From the NCBI GenBank assembly GCA_902594235.1, contig CACJLJ010000003.1, positions 70,526-134,525 of the forward strand: a stretch of 64,000 nt of DNA, written 5' to 3'. Both the position numbers and the translations under genes were made by a program. Position 1 is the stretch's first letter, and every line of letters begins with the position of its first letter. Origin of the DNA: an uncultured Pelagibacteraceae bacterium (GTDB lineage: Bacteria > Pseudomonadota > Alphaproteobacteria > Pelagibacterales > Pelagibacteraceae). Shown here piece by piece: positions 52,700-63,999 of this stretch. Below the pieces are notes generated by a model. It was given only the letters and a program-made list of their open reading frames with translations. It was not told where the DNA came from and did not search any database.

Positions 52700-53455
52700 A
52701 TGACTAAATTTAGATACTACAAAATAACAAAAAATAAAAAAATAAGATATTTAAGGATTTTTCAAAAAAAGGCTCCTTATATCGTTTTTCTACATGGATT
52801 TATGTCAGATTTAGAGGGAAATAAACCAAAAGCATTTTTTAATTTTGCAAAAAGAAATAGCTTAGGCTTATTAGCTTTAGAATATTCAGGACATGGTAAA
52901 TCATCAGGTGAATTTATAAATGGAAATATTTCCACATGGAGTAAAGACACAAATATTCTTATAAAAAAAATTGTAAAAAAGAATAAGTTTATTTTAGTTG
53001 GCTCAAGCATGGGGGCATGGATTTCTTTAATTCAATTTAAATATTTCAAAAATCAAATTTGTGGATTTCTAGGTATAGGTTCTGCTCCAGAATTTTTAGA
53101 ATATCTAATGTGGAATAAATTTTCAAAAAAAATGAAAAAAGAAATAAAAAAAAATGGAATAATTAATCTCAAACATGGAGATTATGAATATCCTATTTCA
53201 TTTCAACTTATTAAGGATGGAAGAAAAAATAGAGTACTACATAGAAAAATTCATCAAAAAATTAATGTAACAATGGTTCATGGTAGTAAAGATAAATCTG
53301 TCCCGGTCAGTTATTCAAAAAAAGTTTTAAATATGTTCGTTAATTCAAAGAAAAAATTAGTTTTAATCAAAAAAGGTGATCATAGTTTATCCTCACCTAA
53401 ATGGTTAAAAATTTTACAAAAAGAATTAAAATTAATTGTTAACCAACCTGTTTGA
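52700..53455 (+). CDS. Alpha/beta hydrolase
   Basis: HGFMSD, YSGHG, GSSMG nucleophile elbow, HG..D, GDH. Confidence 0.88.
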   Translation: MTKFRYYKITKNKKIRYLRIFQKKAPYIVFLHGFMSDLEGNKPKAFFNFAKRNSLGLLALEYSGHGKSSGEFINGNISTWSKDTNILIKKIVKKNKFILVGSSMGAWISLIQFKYFKNQICGFLGIGSAPEFLEYLMWNKFSKKMKKEIKKNGIINLKHGDYEYPISFQLIKDGRKNRVLHRKIHQKINVTMVHGSKDKSVPVSYSKKVLNMFVNSKKKLVLIKKGDHSLSSPKWLKILQKELKLIVNQPV

Positions 53456-56400
53456 TTTTTGACTTTAAGCTGATTGGATTTTTAAGCTTATTTAACATTT
53501 CTTTTGGACAAACTTGTACAAAATTTTTTATCTCTTCTGCAAAATTGCTAATTATTTTTTTTGATATTTGAGATCCAGTTTCTTCGTAATGTTCTTTGAT
53601 TAATTTCATTAAAAAATTAATCCAATAATCTGTTTCTACAATTTGTGATACTACAGAATCTGAATTTATTTTTTTTTCAAGCTCTCTTGATTTGTCATAA
53701 ACAAAAGCCATTCCACCAGTCATACCAGCAGCAAAATTATCTCCAACGTCACCAAGAATAACAACCGTTCCACCAGTCATATATTCACAACCATTCGAGT
53801 CACACCCCTCTATAACCGCTAAAGCTCCAGAGTTTCTTACTGCAAATCTATCTCCAGCTTGTCCTGCAGCAAATAGTTTGCCTGATGTGGCTCCATACAA
53901 AACTGTATTACCAATAATAGTATTTTCATTTGAAACTAAATTACTTTCATCAGAAAGACTTATTGAAATCGTTGCACCTGAAAGTCCTTTTCCGACATAG
54001 TCATTTGCATCTCCTTTAAGATTTAGTTTTAAACCTTTGGCTGAAAAGGCTCCAAAAGATTGACCTGCTGAACCTTTAAAGTTTAAAGTGAGAAAATTTT
54101 CATCTAATTTTTTATAACCGTACTTTTTGAAAAGATGATGAGAAATTCTTGTACCAACTGCTCTATTTGTATTTTTAATTACAAATTCTTTTTCAACCTT
54201 TTCAGAATTATCTAGAGACTTTTCTATATCAGGCCAAATTTCTTGGTCTAATGTTTCAGGAACTTTATTTATATCCTGAGACTCACAATATCTTTTGTTA
54301 TTTCCTGGGTCTGCCTGAACAAATAAAGGATTTAAATCTAAATCATCTAAATTTGGTGAAGCTTTACTTACTTGCATTAATAAATCTGTTCTTCCAATAA
54401 CATCATTTAAAGATTTAAAACCTAGTTCTGCTAAAATTTCTCTTACCTCTGATGCTATAAAGGTAAATAGGTTAACGATTTTATCAGGGGTACCAGAAAA
54501 TTTCTCTCTTAATTTTTCATCTTGTGTACAAACACCTACTGGACATGTATTTGAATGACATTGTCTTACCATAATACATCCCATTGCAACTAAGGCTGTT
54601 GTTGCAACTCCGTATTCCTCTGCTCCCATCATAGCAGCAATAACAACATCCCTACCAGTTTTAATACCTCCATCTGTTCTCAAAGTAACTTTGTGTCTTA
54701 AATTATTTAAAGTAAGAACCTGATTAGCTTCTGTAAGTCCCATTTCCCATGGAATACCAACATATTTAACACTTGTTTGTGGCGTTGCTCCAGTTCCACC
54801 ATTGTGACCTGAAATTAAAATTATGTCTGCTTTTGCTTTTGCTACTCCTGCAGCAATCGTTCCAACACCGGATGATGCAACTAATTTTACACCGACTCTA
54901 GCTTTTGGATTTATTTGTTTTAAATCGTAAATTAATTGAGCTAGATCTTCAATTGAATAAATATCGTGATGTGGGGGTGGAGAAATTAATGTTACTCCAG
55001 GAGTTGAGTGTCTCAATCGGGCTATTTCATCTGTAACTTTAAACCCAGGCAATTGACCACCCTCACCAGGCTTTGCTCCTTGAGCAATCTTTATCTCAAT
55101 TTCATTACAATTATTCAAATAATTTACTGTTACACCAAATCTTGCAGAGGCAATCTGTTTTACCCTTGAATTGGCACTATCTCCATCATCCATAACTTTA
55201 AATCTTTTTTCATCTTCGCCACCCTCACCACTACAAGATGCTCCTTTGATTCTATTCATACCTATTGCTAGAGTTTCATGTGCTTCCTTAGATAATGCTC
55301 CATGAGACATACTTCCACTACCAAATCTCTTTAAAATATTTTCTAAAGGTTCGACCTCTGATAATTCTATTGATGGTCCTAATTTCTTTTTTCTAAAATT
55401 TACCAAATCTCTTAAATTTATTGGTGGCAAATTATATATACCTTCAGCATATTTCTTATAAGCATCATAAGAGTTAGAACTTACTGCGCTCTGTAACAAG
55501 TGAATAAGATTTCCCTGATATTGGTGAGTTTCACCATTTTTTCTATATCTATAAATACCACCAATTGGTAATACTGTTTCTGTACTTTCAAATGCTTCTT
55601 TGTGAATTTCTCTTATTTTTTTTTCAATACCAGTTAAACCGATACCTGATATTTTGGATGTAACTCCAGGGAAATAATCATTAACAACGGTTCTGCTAAG
55701 ACCCACAGTTTCAAAATTACAACCACCTCTATAAGAACTCAAAACTGAAATTCCCATTTTAGACATTATTTTTAAAAGGCCAGCATTAACTGATTTTATA
55801 TATCTTTGAACACATTCATCAAAACTAAACTGACCAAAAAGTTTCTTGGAATATCTTTGATATAAACTATCAAACGCTAAATATGGATTTACTGTAGTAG
55901 CACCAACACCTATTAGTGTAGCAAATGAATGGGTATCTAAAGCCTCTCCAGATTGAACATTAATTGAGACATATCCTCTTAATTTTTTTTCAATCAAAAA
56001 GGTATTTATGGCTCCTACACATAACAACATTGGTATAGGTAGTTTTTCTGAAGAAAGATCCTTGTCGCTAAGAACAAGTTGTTTAACACCTTGTCTTACT
56101 GCTATTTCAGCCTCTTTTTGAATTCTTGTAATAGCATTTGTTAGATTTTCATTTTGTAAAAATGTACAATCTAAATTTATAGAATTTTTACCAAAAAAAT
56201 TAATAAATTTGTTAAATTGTGAATTAGATAAAATTGGGCTGTTTAAAACATAAATATTTTCTTCAGTTAAAGTATCGAAATCTAAAATATTACCTAAATT
56301 TCCAAATCTAGTTTTTAAACTCATTACTTTATTTTCTCTTAGCGAGTCTATTGGAGGGTTAGTAACTTGACTAAAATTTTGTCTAAAAAAATGATAAAGT

Positions 56401-57944
56401 GGTCTATATCTATCAGATAACACAGCTAGGGGAGTATCATCCCCCATGGAACCAGTTGCTTCTTTTGCATCTTCAGCCATCGGATGTAAAATAAGCTCTA
56501 AGTCTTCTAGACTTATTCCAAATGTATATTGTCTTCTTCTTAAATTTTCTCCCTCAAAACTATTTTGTTCCTTTGAAATGGGTAATTTTTCATCTAAATC
56601 TATTATTTGTGAATTAAAGTGTTTAAACTCTTTGGCCAAAAAATCTTTTATTTGGTTGTTTGAAAAAATTTTTCCTTTTTCAATTCTTACTCCAATAATT
56701 TCACCTGGGCCTAATCTGCCTTTTGATAAAATCTTTTTTTCATTTAATTCTATCATTCCTGTTTCTGAACCTGCAAAAAGCATCTTATCTTTAGTTATTG
56801 CATATCTAAGAGGTCTTAGTCCGTTTCTATCATTAGCAGCAATAACCCACTCATTATCTGTAGCTGCTATTGCAGCAGGCCCATCCCATGGCTCCATTGT
56901 ACTATTTAAGAAATTGAATAATTGTTGGTGACTTTTTGGAAGAGTTTTATTTTTTTTGGACCAAGCATCTGGTATTAACATTAATTTTGCCAAAGGTGCA
57001 GATTGACCAGATTTGTTAAGTAATTCAAAAACATTATCTAATGCCGCTGAGTCTGAAACACCCTTTTGAATTACTGGCTTTAAATTTTCAACATTATCAA
57101 AAAGTGGACTACTCATTTCTTGCTCATGAACTTTCATCCAATTTTTATTTCCTTTATAAGTATTAATTTCTCCATTGTGAGCAATAGCTCTAAAAGGTTG
57201 AGCTAAACTCCAACTTGGTGCTGTGTTGGTAGAAAATCTTTGATGAAATATTGCGTATCTCGAAATAAATCTTTTATCTTTCAAATCTAAATAAAAGTCA
57301 GATATTGCTTCAGCTAGATAAAGTCCTTTGTAAATGATTGATTTTGAACTGATTGAACAAATATAAAAGTTGTTCAATGATAACTCAAATGCCTTATTTT
57401 CAATTATTTTTCGTGTTTCATATATTTTTCTCTCTAAATTTTTATCTATCAAGTTTGGATCATTAGATTTAAACAGAACCTGAATTATTTCTGGCATGGT
57501 TTGAAATGCCTTTACACCTAAAATTTTAGGGTTTACTGGAACTTGTCTCCACCCATAAATGCTAAAATTATTTTTAGTTAATTCACTTTCTACAATAGTT
57601 TTGCAACTCTCTTGTGAAGAATAATCATTTCTAGGCAAAAAAATCATACCAACACAAATTTCAGAGTTATCATAATCGTGACCTGTAACTTCAATCTTTT
57701 CTATAAAAAAATCTTTAGGAATCTCAACGTGTATACCTGCTCCATCACCAGTTTTTCCATCAGCATCTACAGCACCTCTATGCCATACAGCTTTTAGAGC
57801 TTGAATCCCATATTCAACAATTTCTCTAGATTTCTTTCCTTCAGTTGAAGCAATTACACCTACACCACAAGCATCATGTTCCATTTCTTTTGAATAAACA
57901 TGATTTTCACTTAATATTTTTAGATTTTTTTTATAATTATCCAT
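53439..57944 (-). CDS. gltB: Glutamate synthase large subunit
   Basis: HDACGVG Ntn Cys, HQRFSTN, KIAQGAKPGEGGQL, CHSNTCP, GXGXG C-terminal repeats. Confidence 0.98.
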   Translation of the reverse strand: MDNYKKNLKILSENHVYSKEMEHDACGVGVIASTEGKKSREIVEYGIQALKAVWHRGAVDADGKTGDGAGIHVEIPKDFFIEKIEVTGHDYDNSEICVGMIFLPRNDYSSQESCKTIVESELTKNNFSIYGWRQVPVNPKILGVKAFQTMPEIIQVLFKSNDPNLIDKNLERKIYETRKIIENKAFELSLNNFYICSISSKSIIYKGLYLAEAISDFYLDLKDKRFISRYAIFHQRFSTNTAPSWSLAQPFRAIAHNGEINTYKGNKNWMKVHEQEMSSPLFDNVENLKPVIQKGVSDSAALDNVFELLNKSGQSAPLAKLMLIPDAWSKKNKTLPKSHQQLFNFLNSTMEPWDGPAAIAATDNEWVIAANDRNGLRPLRYAITKDKMLFAGSETGMIELNEKKILSKGRLGPGEIIGVRIEKGKIFSNNQIKDFLAKEFKHFNSQIIDLDEKLPISKEQNSFEGENLRRRQYTFGISLEDLELILHPMAEDAKEATGSMGDDTPLAVLSDRYRPLYHFFRQNFSQVTNPPIDSLRENKVMSLKTRFGNLGNILDFDTLTEENIYVLNSPILSNSQFNKFINFFGKNSINLDCTFLQNENLTNAITRIQKEAEIAVRQGVKQLVLSDKDLSSEKLPIPMLLCVGAINTFLIEKKLRGYVSINVQSGEALDTHSFATLIGVGATTVNPYLAFDSLYQRYSKKLFGQFSFDECVQRYIKSVNAGLLKIMSKMGISVLSSYRGGCNFETVGLSRTVVNDYFPGVTSKISGIGLTGIEKKIREIHKEAFESTETVLPIGGIYRYRKNGETHQYQGNLIHLLQSAVSSNSYDAYKKYAEGIYNLPPINLRDLVNFRKKKLGPSIELSEVEPLENILKRFGSGSMSHGALSKEAHETLAIGMNRIKGASCSGEGGEDEKRFKVMDDGDSANSRVKQIASARFGVTVNYLNNCNEIEIKIAQGAKPGEGGQLPGFKVTDEIARLRHSTPGVTLISPPPHHDIYSIEDLAQLIYDLKQINPKARVGVKLVASSGVGTIAAGVAKAKADIILISGHNGGTGATPQTSVKYVGIPWEMGLTEANQVLTLNNLRHKVTLRTDGGIKTGRDVVIAAMMGAEEYGVATTALVAMGCIMVRQCHSNTCPVGVCTQDEKLREKFSGTPDKIVNLFTFIASEVREILAELGFKSLNDVIGRTDLLMQVSKASPNLDDLDLNPLFVQADPGNNKRYCESQDINKVPETLDQEIWPDIEKSLDNSEKVEKEFVIKNTNRAVGTRISHHLFKKYGYKKLDENFLTLNFKGSAGQSFGAFSAKGLKLNLKGDANDYVGKGLSGATISISLSDESNLVSNENTIIGNTVLYGATSGKLFAAGQAGDRFAVRNSGALAVIEGCDSNGCEYMTGGTVVILGDVGDNFAAGMTGGMAFVYDKSRELEKKINSDSVVSQIVETDYWINFLMKLIKEHYEETGSQISKKIISNFAEEIKNFVQVCPKEMLNKLKNPISLKSKIKQVG

Positions 57945-59383
57945 TATGCTACTTTAATTTTTTTTAATTCATTATTTTCTAAATAAGTTTTCATAGCAGC
58001 TGCCGCGTCTCTACCATCCTTAATAGCCCATACAACGAGCGATGCACCTCTTACTATATCTCCAGCAGCAAAAACACCTTCTAAATTAGTTTCCATTGTA
58101 TTGAAGTTTGTCTTTAAAGTTCCCCATTTCGTTACTTGTAATTCTTTTGCATCAAATAAATAAGGTAGGTCTTCTGGATCAAATCCAAGAGCTTTAATAA
58201 CCATATCAGCTTTCATCTCAAATTCAGAACCCACTTTTATTTCAGGTCTTCTTCTTCCTGAGTCATCGGGTGCGCCTAATTGGATTTGATTAACAATTAA
58301 TTTTTCTACCTTATTAGTACCTTTGAATTCTTTTGGACTTGATAACCAAACAAATTCAACGCCTTCTTCTTCAGCATTTGCAACTTCCCTTGCAGATCCC
58401 GGCATGTTTTCTTTATCTCTTCTGTACAGACATTTAACTGAATTAGCTTTTTGTCTTACAGAAGTTCTAACACAGTCCATGGCTGTATCTCCTCCACCAA
58501 TAACAACCACATCTTTTCCCTCTGCATTTAAAATTCCTTTATCAAATAATTCAACTTTATCTCCTAATCCCTTTTTATTTGATGCTGTTAAAAATTCCAT
58601 AGCTGGAAAAATATTTTCTAAATCATTTCCTGGCAAGTTTATCTCTCTTGGCTTATAAACTCCTGTTGCGATTAAAATTGCATCATGTTTTTTTCTCAAC
58701 TGTCCTAAGGTAGCGTCTTTACCAACTTCAAAGTTATGCAAAAATTTTATACCACCATCTTTAAGAAGTTTTGTTCGTCTTTCGACTACATTTTTTTCTA
58801 ATTTAAAGTTCGGAATCCCATAAATTAATAAACCTCCTGCTCGGTCATAACGATCATAAACAGTGATTTTATATCCATTTTTTCTAAGTTGTTCTGCTGC
58901 CGCCAAACCTGCTGGACCTGCTCCTATAATACCAACACTTTGTTGCTTTTCATATTTTACATCAATTGGTTTAATCCAACCCTTTTCCCATGCATTGTCT
59001 GTAATGTATTTTTCTACCGACCCAATAGTTACCGTCCCATGGCCTGACTGCTCAATTACACAATTACCCTCACACAAACGATCCTGAGGACATATTCTTC
59101 CACAAACTTCAGGCATATTATTTGTGCTTTGAGATAATTCGTATGCTTCTTTTAATCTTCCCTCTGCTGTTAATTTAAGCCAGTCTGGGATGTTATTACT
59201 TAAAGGGCAGTGCACTTGGCAAAATGGTACCCCGCACTGAGAACATCTACTAGATTGTTCTTGTGCTTTTTGTTTTATAAAATCGTCATAAATTTCATTA
59301 AAGTCATTTTTTCTAGTCTCAACAACTCTTTTAGGTGGAGTCTGTTGACCTATTTTTACAAACTTAAGCATTTTATCAGTCAT
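57944..59383 (-). CDS. gltD: Glutamate synthase small subunit
   Basis: RCSQC..PFC..HCP, GRICP, GAGPAG, GGGDTAMD, FAAGD. Confidence 0.97.
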   Translation of the reverse strand: MTDKMLKFVKIGQQTPPKRVVETRKNDFNEIYDDFIKQKAQEQSSRCSQCGVPFCQVHCPLSNNIPDWLKLTAEGRLKEAYELSQSTNNMPEVCGRICPQDRLCEGNCVIEQSGHGTVTIGSVEKYITDNAWEKGWIKPIDVKYEKQQSVGIIGAGPAGLAAAEQLRKNGYKITVYDRYDRAGGLLIYGIPNFKLEKNVVERRTKLLKDGGIKFLHNFEVGKDATLGQLRKKHDAILIATGVYKPREINLPGNDLENIFPAMEFLTASNKKGLGDKVELFDKGILNAEGKDVVVIGGGDTAMDCVRTSVRQKANSVKCLYRRDKENMPGSAREVANAEEEGVEFVWLSSPKEFKGTNKVEKLIVNQIQLGAPDDSGRRRPEIKVGSEFEMKADMVIKALGFDPEDLPYLFDAKELQVTKWGTLKTNFNTMETNLEGVFAAGDIVRGASLVVWAIKDGRDAAAAMKTYLENNELKKIKVA

Positions 59384-59565
59384 ATTTTTTTAGATTTAAG
59401 GCAAAATATACATTGTTTTTATTAGTAAAAGGATTATTTAGGTCAGTATTTATTACCTATATTTAGCTAAAATGAGCTTAAAATAAAGAAATTTTATTTT
59501 TTGCATACCTAATATGATTAAATCGAATTGTTTTAAAAGGATATTATTTAAGCTACCACACTAAT

Positions 59566-60333
59566 ATGTTCCAAGATTTTATAGAAATTCTCATTCTATC
59601 TGCCATTCAAGGAATATCTGAATTTTTACCAATTAGTTCATCGGCTCATTTGATAATAGTATCTAGTCTATATGATCTTAAAGCAAGCTCACTATTAATA
59701 GACATAAGTTTACATTTAGGTTCTTTAATAGCTATAATATTTTTTTTTAGAAAAGATTTATTTAACCTCAAACATAATCAAAAATTATTAAAACTAATCA
59801 TTATAGGTTCTATACCACTTATCATATTTGGATACATACTACATTCAACTGAATTAATACATTTTTTAAGAAATATTAAAATCATAGCATGGACTACATT
59901 ATTTTTTGGAATTGTTTTATACTTTGCTGATCAGAGGAAAGTTGATCAAAATATTTCTTCAAATCTTAATATAAGAGCTATTTTATTTATTGGATTATTT
60001 CAAATACTTGCATTAGTACCTGGTGTGAGTAGAGCAGGCATCACAATGACTGCTGCAAGATTTTTAAACTTCAACAGAGTCGATTCAGGTAAAATTTCAT
60101 TTTTCCTCTCTATCCCTGCCTTAGCAGGAGCAAGTTTTCTTGGGTTAAAAGATATGCAAAAAGAAAGTTTAGAAATCAATTTATTAGTAATTATTGCTAT
60201 AGTTTTGTCTTTTCTATTTTCGTATATTACAGTAAAATTTTTTTTAAATTATTTAAATAAATTTTCATTAAATGTTTTTGTAATTTATAGATTAATAATT
60301 GCATTAATTTTATTATCAATAATTTATTTTTAA
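59566..60333 (+). CDS. uppP: Undecaprenyl-diphosphatase
   Basis: QGISEFLPISSSAH, PGVSRAG. Confidence 0.95.
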   Translation: MFQDFIEILILSAIQGISEFLPISSSAHLIIVSSLYDLKASSLLIDISLHLGSLIAIIFFFRKDLFNLKHNQKLLKLIIIGSIPLIIFGYILHSTELIHFLRNIKIIAWTTLFFGIVLYFADQRKVDQNISSNLNIRAILFIGLFQILALVPGVSRAGITMTAARFLNFNRVDSGKISFFLSIPALAGASFLGLKDMQKESLEINLLVIIAIVLSFLFSYITVKFFLNYLNKFSLNVFVIYRLIIALILLSIIYF

Positions 60334-61220
60334 ACTGATCGTTTTATTAAAGGTAGTAATTGAGATAATAAAACACCACATAGTATAAAAAAACATCCTA
60401 ATAAATTATTAACTCCTAATATCTGATTTAATAAAAACCAGGCTGCAATTGTTGCAAAAACACCTTCCAATGAAAAAATTATTGCTGCTGGAGCTGGTGT
60501 AATATTTTTTTGTGCGTAAATTTGTAAAACAAAAGCAAATCCTCCTGAAAGAATTCCTGCATATAAAATTGAATCAATTTCATTTAAAATATTTTCAATT
60601 ACAAATTCTTCATAAATAAATCCAATCATGAAAGAAAATAAGGCTACTAATAAAGTTTGAATAGCACCTAAGGTTAAAGGTAAATTATATTTTGTAACTA
60701 TTATTCCAGTAAAAATGATATGGGTACTCCAAAACAAAGCACCTAATACAACAAGTGTATCTCCAAGTCTTACTGTTGCATCATGAAAATTCGTAAGTAG
60801 ATAACCACCAATTAAACATAGAACTACAGAAGGCCATACACTCCAATGTATTGATTTTTTTCTAAATAGAAAAATTATAATTGGTACCATAGGGACATAA
60901 AAAATAGTGAAAAATGCTGCGTTAGCTACATCTGTATACAGAAGAGCAACTTGTTGTAATGCTGAACCTAAAAAAAGCGATAATCCAATTAAAAAAGAAA
61001 GTATAGCAAATGTTTTAAAGTCTAATTTAAACTCTGATTTAAATTTTTTTACCTCAAATAAAAATGTAAGAGGAACAATCGCCAAAAATCCAACAAAAAA
61101 TCTTACAGCGTTGAAAGTGAAAGGACCTATATTGTCCATGCCTGTATCCTGGGCAATAAAAGTAGTTCCCCAAATAAATGTACATAATAATGCACTTAGT
61201 AATGAGACCGTTTTTGACAT
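60330..61220 (-). CDS. DMT/EamA-family transporter
   Basis: Ten-TM pattern; IWGTTF, FNAVRF, LQQVAL, QIYAQK, FSLEGVF. Confidence 0.88.
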   Translation of the reverse strand: MSKTVSLLSALLCTFIWGTTFIAQDTGMDNIGPFTFNAVRFFVGFLAIVPLTFLFEVKKFKSEFKLDFKTFAILSFLIGLSLFLGSALQQVALLYTDVANAAFFTIFYVPMVPIIIFLFRKKSIHWSVWPSVVLCLIGGYLLTNFHDATVRLGDTLVVLGALFWSTHIIFTGIIVTKYNLPLTLGAIQTLLVALFSFMIGFIYEEFVIENILNEIDSILYAGILSGGFAFVLQIYAQKNITPAPAAIIFSLEGVFATIAAWFLLNQILGVNNLLGCFFILCGVLLSQLLPLIKRSV

Positions 61221-61228
61221 AATCTGTT

Positions 61229-62488
61229 TTAGATCGCTAACTTATAAGCAAAGTTTTTTCCTAAATTTTCTTTTAACTCATTGTTAAAACGAGCGGCTTC
61301 TGCTCCATCAATAATTCTATGGTCGTAAGATAATGATAGAGGTAACATAGTTCTTGTAACAAATTTTCCATCTAAAAAAACTTGTTTTTTTTCAGATCTT
61401 CCAATTCCTAGTATCGCAACTTCAGGGAAATTTATAATAGGTGTAAAAAACGATCCTCCAATTCCACCTAAACTTGTTATTGTCATAGATCCACCAAATA
61501 ATTCTTTTTTATCAATTTTAAGATTTCTACATTGATCACTAAGATTTTTGAGCTCAGAACTTATAAGATTAATATTTTTATTATCTGCATTTCTTAGTTT
61601 AGGAACCATTAAACCATGCGGAGTATCCACAGCTATGCCAATATGATAATATTTTTTGACAGTCATTTTTCCATCTTCAATGTCATCGATAGAGCTATTA
61701 AAATTGGGAAATTTTTTCAATGAAGCTGTCAAAGCTTTGACAATAAAAGCTAAAGGTGTAATTTTTTTTTTTTCCCCAGTATATATGTCAGTCAGCGATG
61801 TTCTAAATTCTTCTAGCTCTGTGATATCTGCTTCATCATGATTAGTAACATGAGGAATATTTGTCCAAGAATTCATCAAGTATTTTGATGACAATTTTTT
61901 AACTCTTGGTATATCTTTTATTTCTACTTCACCAAATTCTGAGTGAGGGAATTCTTGTTTTATCTTTTCATTACTTTTATTCTCATTGTTGACTAATTTA
62001 TTAGATTTCGAGGCTACAAATAATTTTACATCACTCTCAATAACTCTACCTTTACGTTCACTGCCCGAAACTTGATTAATATCTACCCCAAGTTCTCTTG
62101 CAAATTTTCGAACTTTTGGACTTGCAGATGATATATTTAATACTTTATCTTGATCAGTTAATATTTTTTGAGTCTCTGGTTTTATTTCTTGAGTTTTTTT
62201 TATCTCTTTTTTAATTATTAGTTTTTTTTCAACTTTTTTCTTTGCTTCATCAATATTTCCTAAAATTAAGATTAAGTCACCCTCTGAAACTTTATCTCTC
62301 ACCTTAACTTTTAAAGTCTTAATTTTACCATCATAATTTGAAGGAATTTCTACGCTAGATTTGTCACTCTCTATTGTTATTAAAGGATCATTTTTTTTTA
62401 TAGTTTGACCTTCAGAAACTAAAACCTCAATCACTTCTACGTCTTTGAAATCTCCAATATTGGGCACTTTTATTTCAATTTCTGACAT
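61229..62488 (-). CDS. aceF: Dihydrolipoamide acetyltransferase (PDH E2, one lipoyl domain)
   Basis: ESDKSSVE lipoyl site, ASPKVRKFARE E3-binding domain, DHRIIDG. Confidence 0.95.
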   Translation of the reverse strand: MSEIEIKVPNIGDFKDVEVIEVLVSEGQTIKKNDPLITIESDKSSVEIPSNYDGKIKTLKVKVRDKVSEGDLILILGNIDEAKKKVEKKLIIKKEIKKTQEIKPETQKILTDQDKVLNISSASPKVRKFARELGVDINQVSGSERKGRVIESDVKLFVASKSNKLVNNENKSNEKIKQEFPHSEFGEVEIKDIPRVKKLSSKYLMNSWTNIPHVTNHDEADITELEEFRTSLTDIYTGEKKKITPLAFIVKALTASLKKFPNFNSSIDDIEDGKMTVKKYYHIGIAVDTPHGLMVPKLRNADNKNINLISSELKNLSDQCRNLKIDKKELFGGSMTITSLGGIGGSFFTPIINFPEVAILGIGRSEKKQVFLDGKFVTRTMLPLSLSYDHRIIDGAEAARFNNELKENLGKNFAYKLAI

Positions 62489-63999
62489 TATAATTTTGTT
62501 GGCATTGGTTTATTAACATCTATTTTGTATTTTTTAATTGCCTCTTTAGCGTGCTTGGATGCTATGAGCTGTTCTTTCGCTAATATACTTAATCCATAAG
62601 TAACAACATGCTCCTTATCAACTTCAAAAAAATTTCTTAAATTTTTCCTAGTATCACTTCTTCCAAAGCCATCAGTTCCTAATGAATAAAAACTTTTATT
62701 AACGTAGGGTCTAATTTGATCTGAATTCATTCTCATGTAATCTGAGGCAGCTAAAATAGGTCCTTCCGTTTTACCTAAACATTTTTCAACATAAGACTTC
62801 TTTGGTTCCTTTTCGGAATTCAAAAGATTGTATCTTTCTACTTCTAGACCATCTCTTCTTAACTCATTAAAACTTGTAACACTCCAAATCTCACTATCTA
62901 TTTGATATTCTTTCTGTAATATTTCAGCACCTGCAATCATTTCTCTTAAGATTGTTCCAGATCCTAAAAATTGAATTTTGGTTTTTTTATATTTGTTAAA
63001 CTCTTTAATTTTATACATTCCTTTTAAAATTCCTTCCTCACAAGATTTATCTTTTGGCATAGCTGGATGAGGATAATTTTCATTCATAGTTGTAATGTAA
63101 TAGAAAATATTTTCTTTTTTTTCATGCATCCTTTTTATTCCATCTCTAAAAATAACCGCTAATTCATAATGAAATGTTGGATCATATGATATGCAATTAG
63201 GAATAGTTGAAGCCATAAGATGACTATGACCATCTTGATGCTGTAGACCTTCTCCTGCTAAAGTTGTTCTTCCAGCTGTAGCTCCAATTAAAAATCCTCT
63301 GGATTGACTATCTGCCCCTGCCCAAGCAAGATCCCCAATTCTTTGAAATCCAAACATCGAGTAAAAAAGATAAATAGGTATCATCTCAATATCATGATTT
63401 GTATAAGAAGTTCCTGCTGCAATCCAAGAGGACATTGCTCCAGCCTCCGTAATTCCTTCCTCTAAAACTTGTCCACTTTTTTCTTCTCTATATGAGCTCA
63501 ATTGAGCAGAGTCTTCAGGTTCGTATTTTTGTCCTTCGTGAGCATATATCCCTACTTTTTGAAAAAAACCCTCCATACCAAATGTTCTAGCTTCATCAGG
63601 AATGATAGGGACTAATCGAGGTGCAACATTTTTATCTCTCAGTAGATTAGTGAGCATTCTCACCAATGCCATTGTAGTAGACATTTCTTTTTGACCAGTT
63701 GAAACTTTCATATTATCAAAAATATCCTTCGGAGGAGCTTTAATTGATTTTGCATAGGTAGTTCTTTCTGGAATAAATCCACCTAATTGAAGTCTTCTTT
63801 CTTTAATATATTTAATCTCTGGAGAATTTTGATCAGGTTTATAATATTCAATATTTTTTACCTGTTGATCAGTCAAGGGAACATCAAATCTATCTCTATA
63901 ATACATTAGATCATCAACATCTAATTTTTTAGTCTGATGTGTAGTATTTACACTTTCTCCACTTTTACCCATACCATAACCTTTAATAGTCTTAGCAAT
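62488..63999 (-). CDS. aceE: Pyruvate dehydrogenase E1, homodimeric AceE type (5'-truncated by window edge)
   Basis: AKTIKGYGMG, PDEARTFGMEG, EEGITEAG, YSMFGFQR, GEGLQH, DGFGRSD; the frame is open to the window end. Confidence 0.95.
   Translation of the reverse strand: MAKTIKGYGMGKSGESVNTTHQTKKLDVDDLMYYRDRFDVPLTDQQVKNIEYYKPDQNSPEIKYIKERRLQLGGFIPERTTYAKSIKAPPKDIFDNMKVSTGQKEMSTTMALVRMLTNLLRDKNVAPRLVPIIPDEARTFGMEGFFQKVGIYAHEGQKYEPEDSAQLSSYREEKSGQVLEEGITEAGAMSSWIAAGTSYTNHDIEMIPIYLFYSMFGFQRIGDLAWAGADSQSRGFLIGATAGRTTLAGEGLQHQDGHSHLMASTIPNCISYDPTFHYELAVIFRDGIKRMHEKKENIFYYITTMNENYPHPAMPKDKSCEEGILKGMYKIKEFNKYKKTKIQFLGSGTILREMIAGAEILQKEYQIDSEIWSVTSFNELRRDGLEVERYNLLNSEKEPKKSYVEKCLGKTEGPILAASDYMRMNSDQIRPYVNKSFYSLGTDGFGRSDTRKNLRNFFEVDKEHVVTYGLSILAKEQLIASKHAKEAIKKYKIDVNKPMPTKL

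Noticed and set aside
59439-59459. TAGGT-N11-ACCTA dyad upstream of gltD (LysR-like T-N11-A)
   Set aside because: Only 5-bp arms, no regulator nearby, and plausible by chance.
55000-61841. Plus-strand ORFs inside gltB, gltD, the DMT gene and aceF (e.g. 56446-56931, 58323-58658, 60907-61287)
   Set aside because: Antisense shadows of well-supported genes, with no independent signals.
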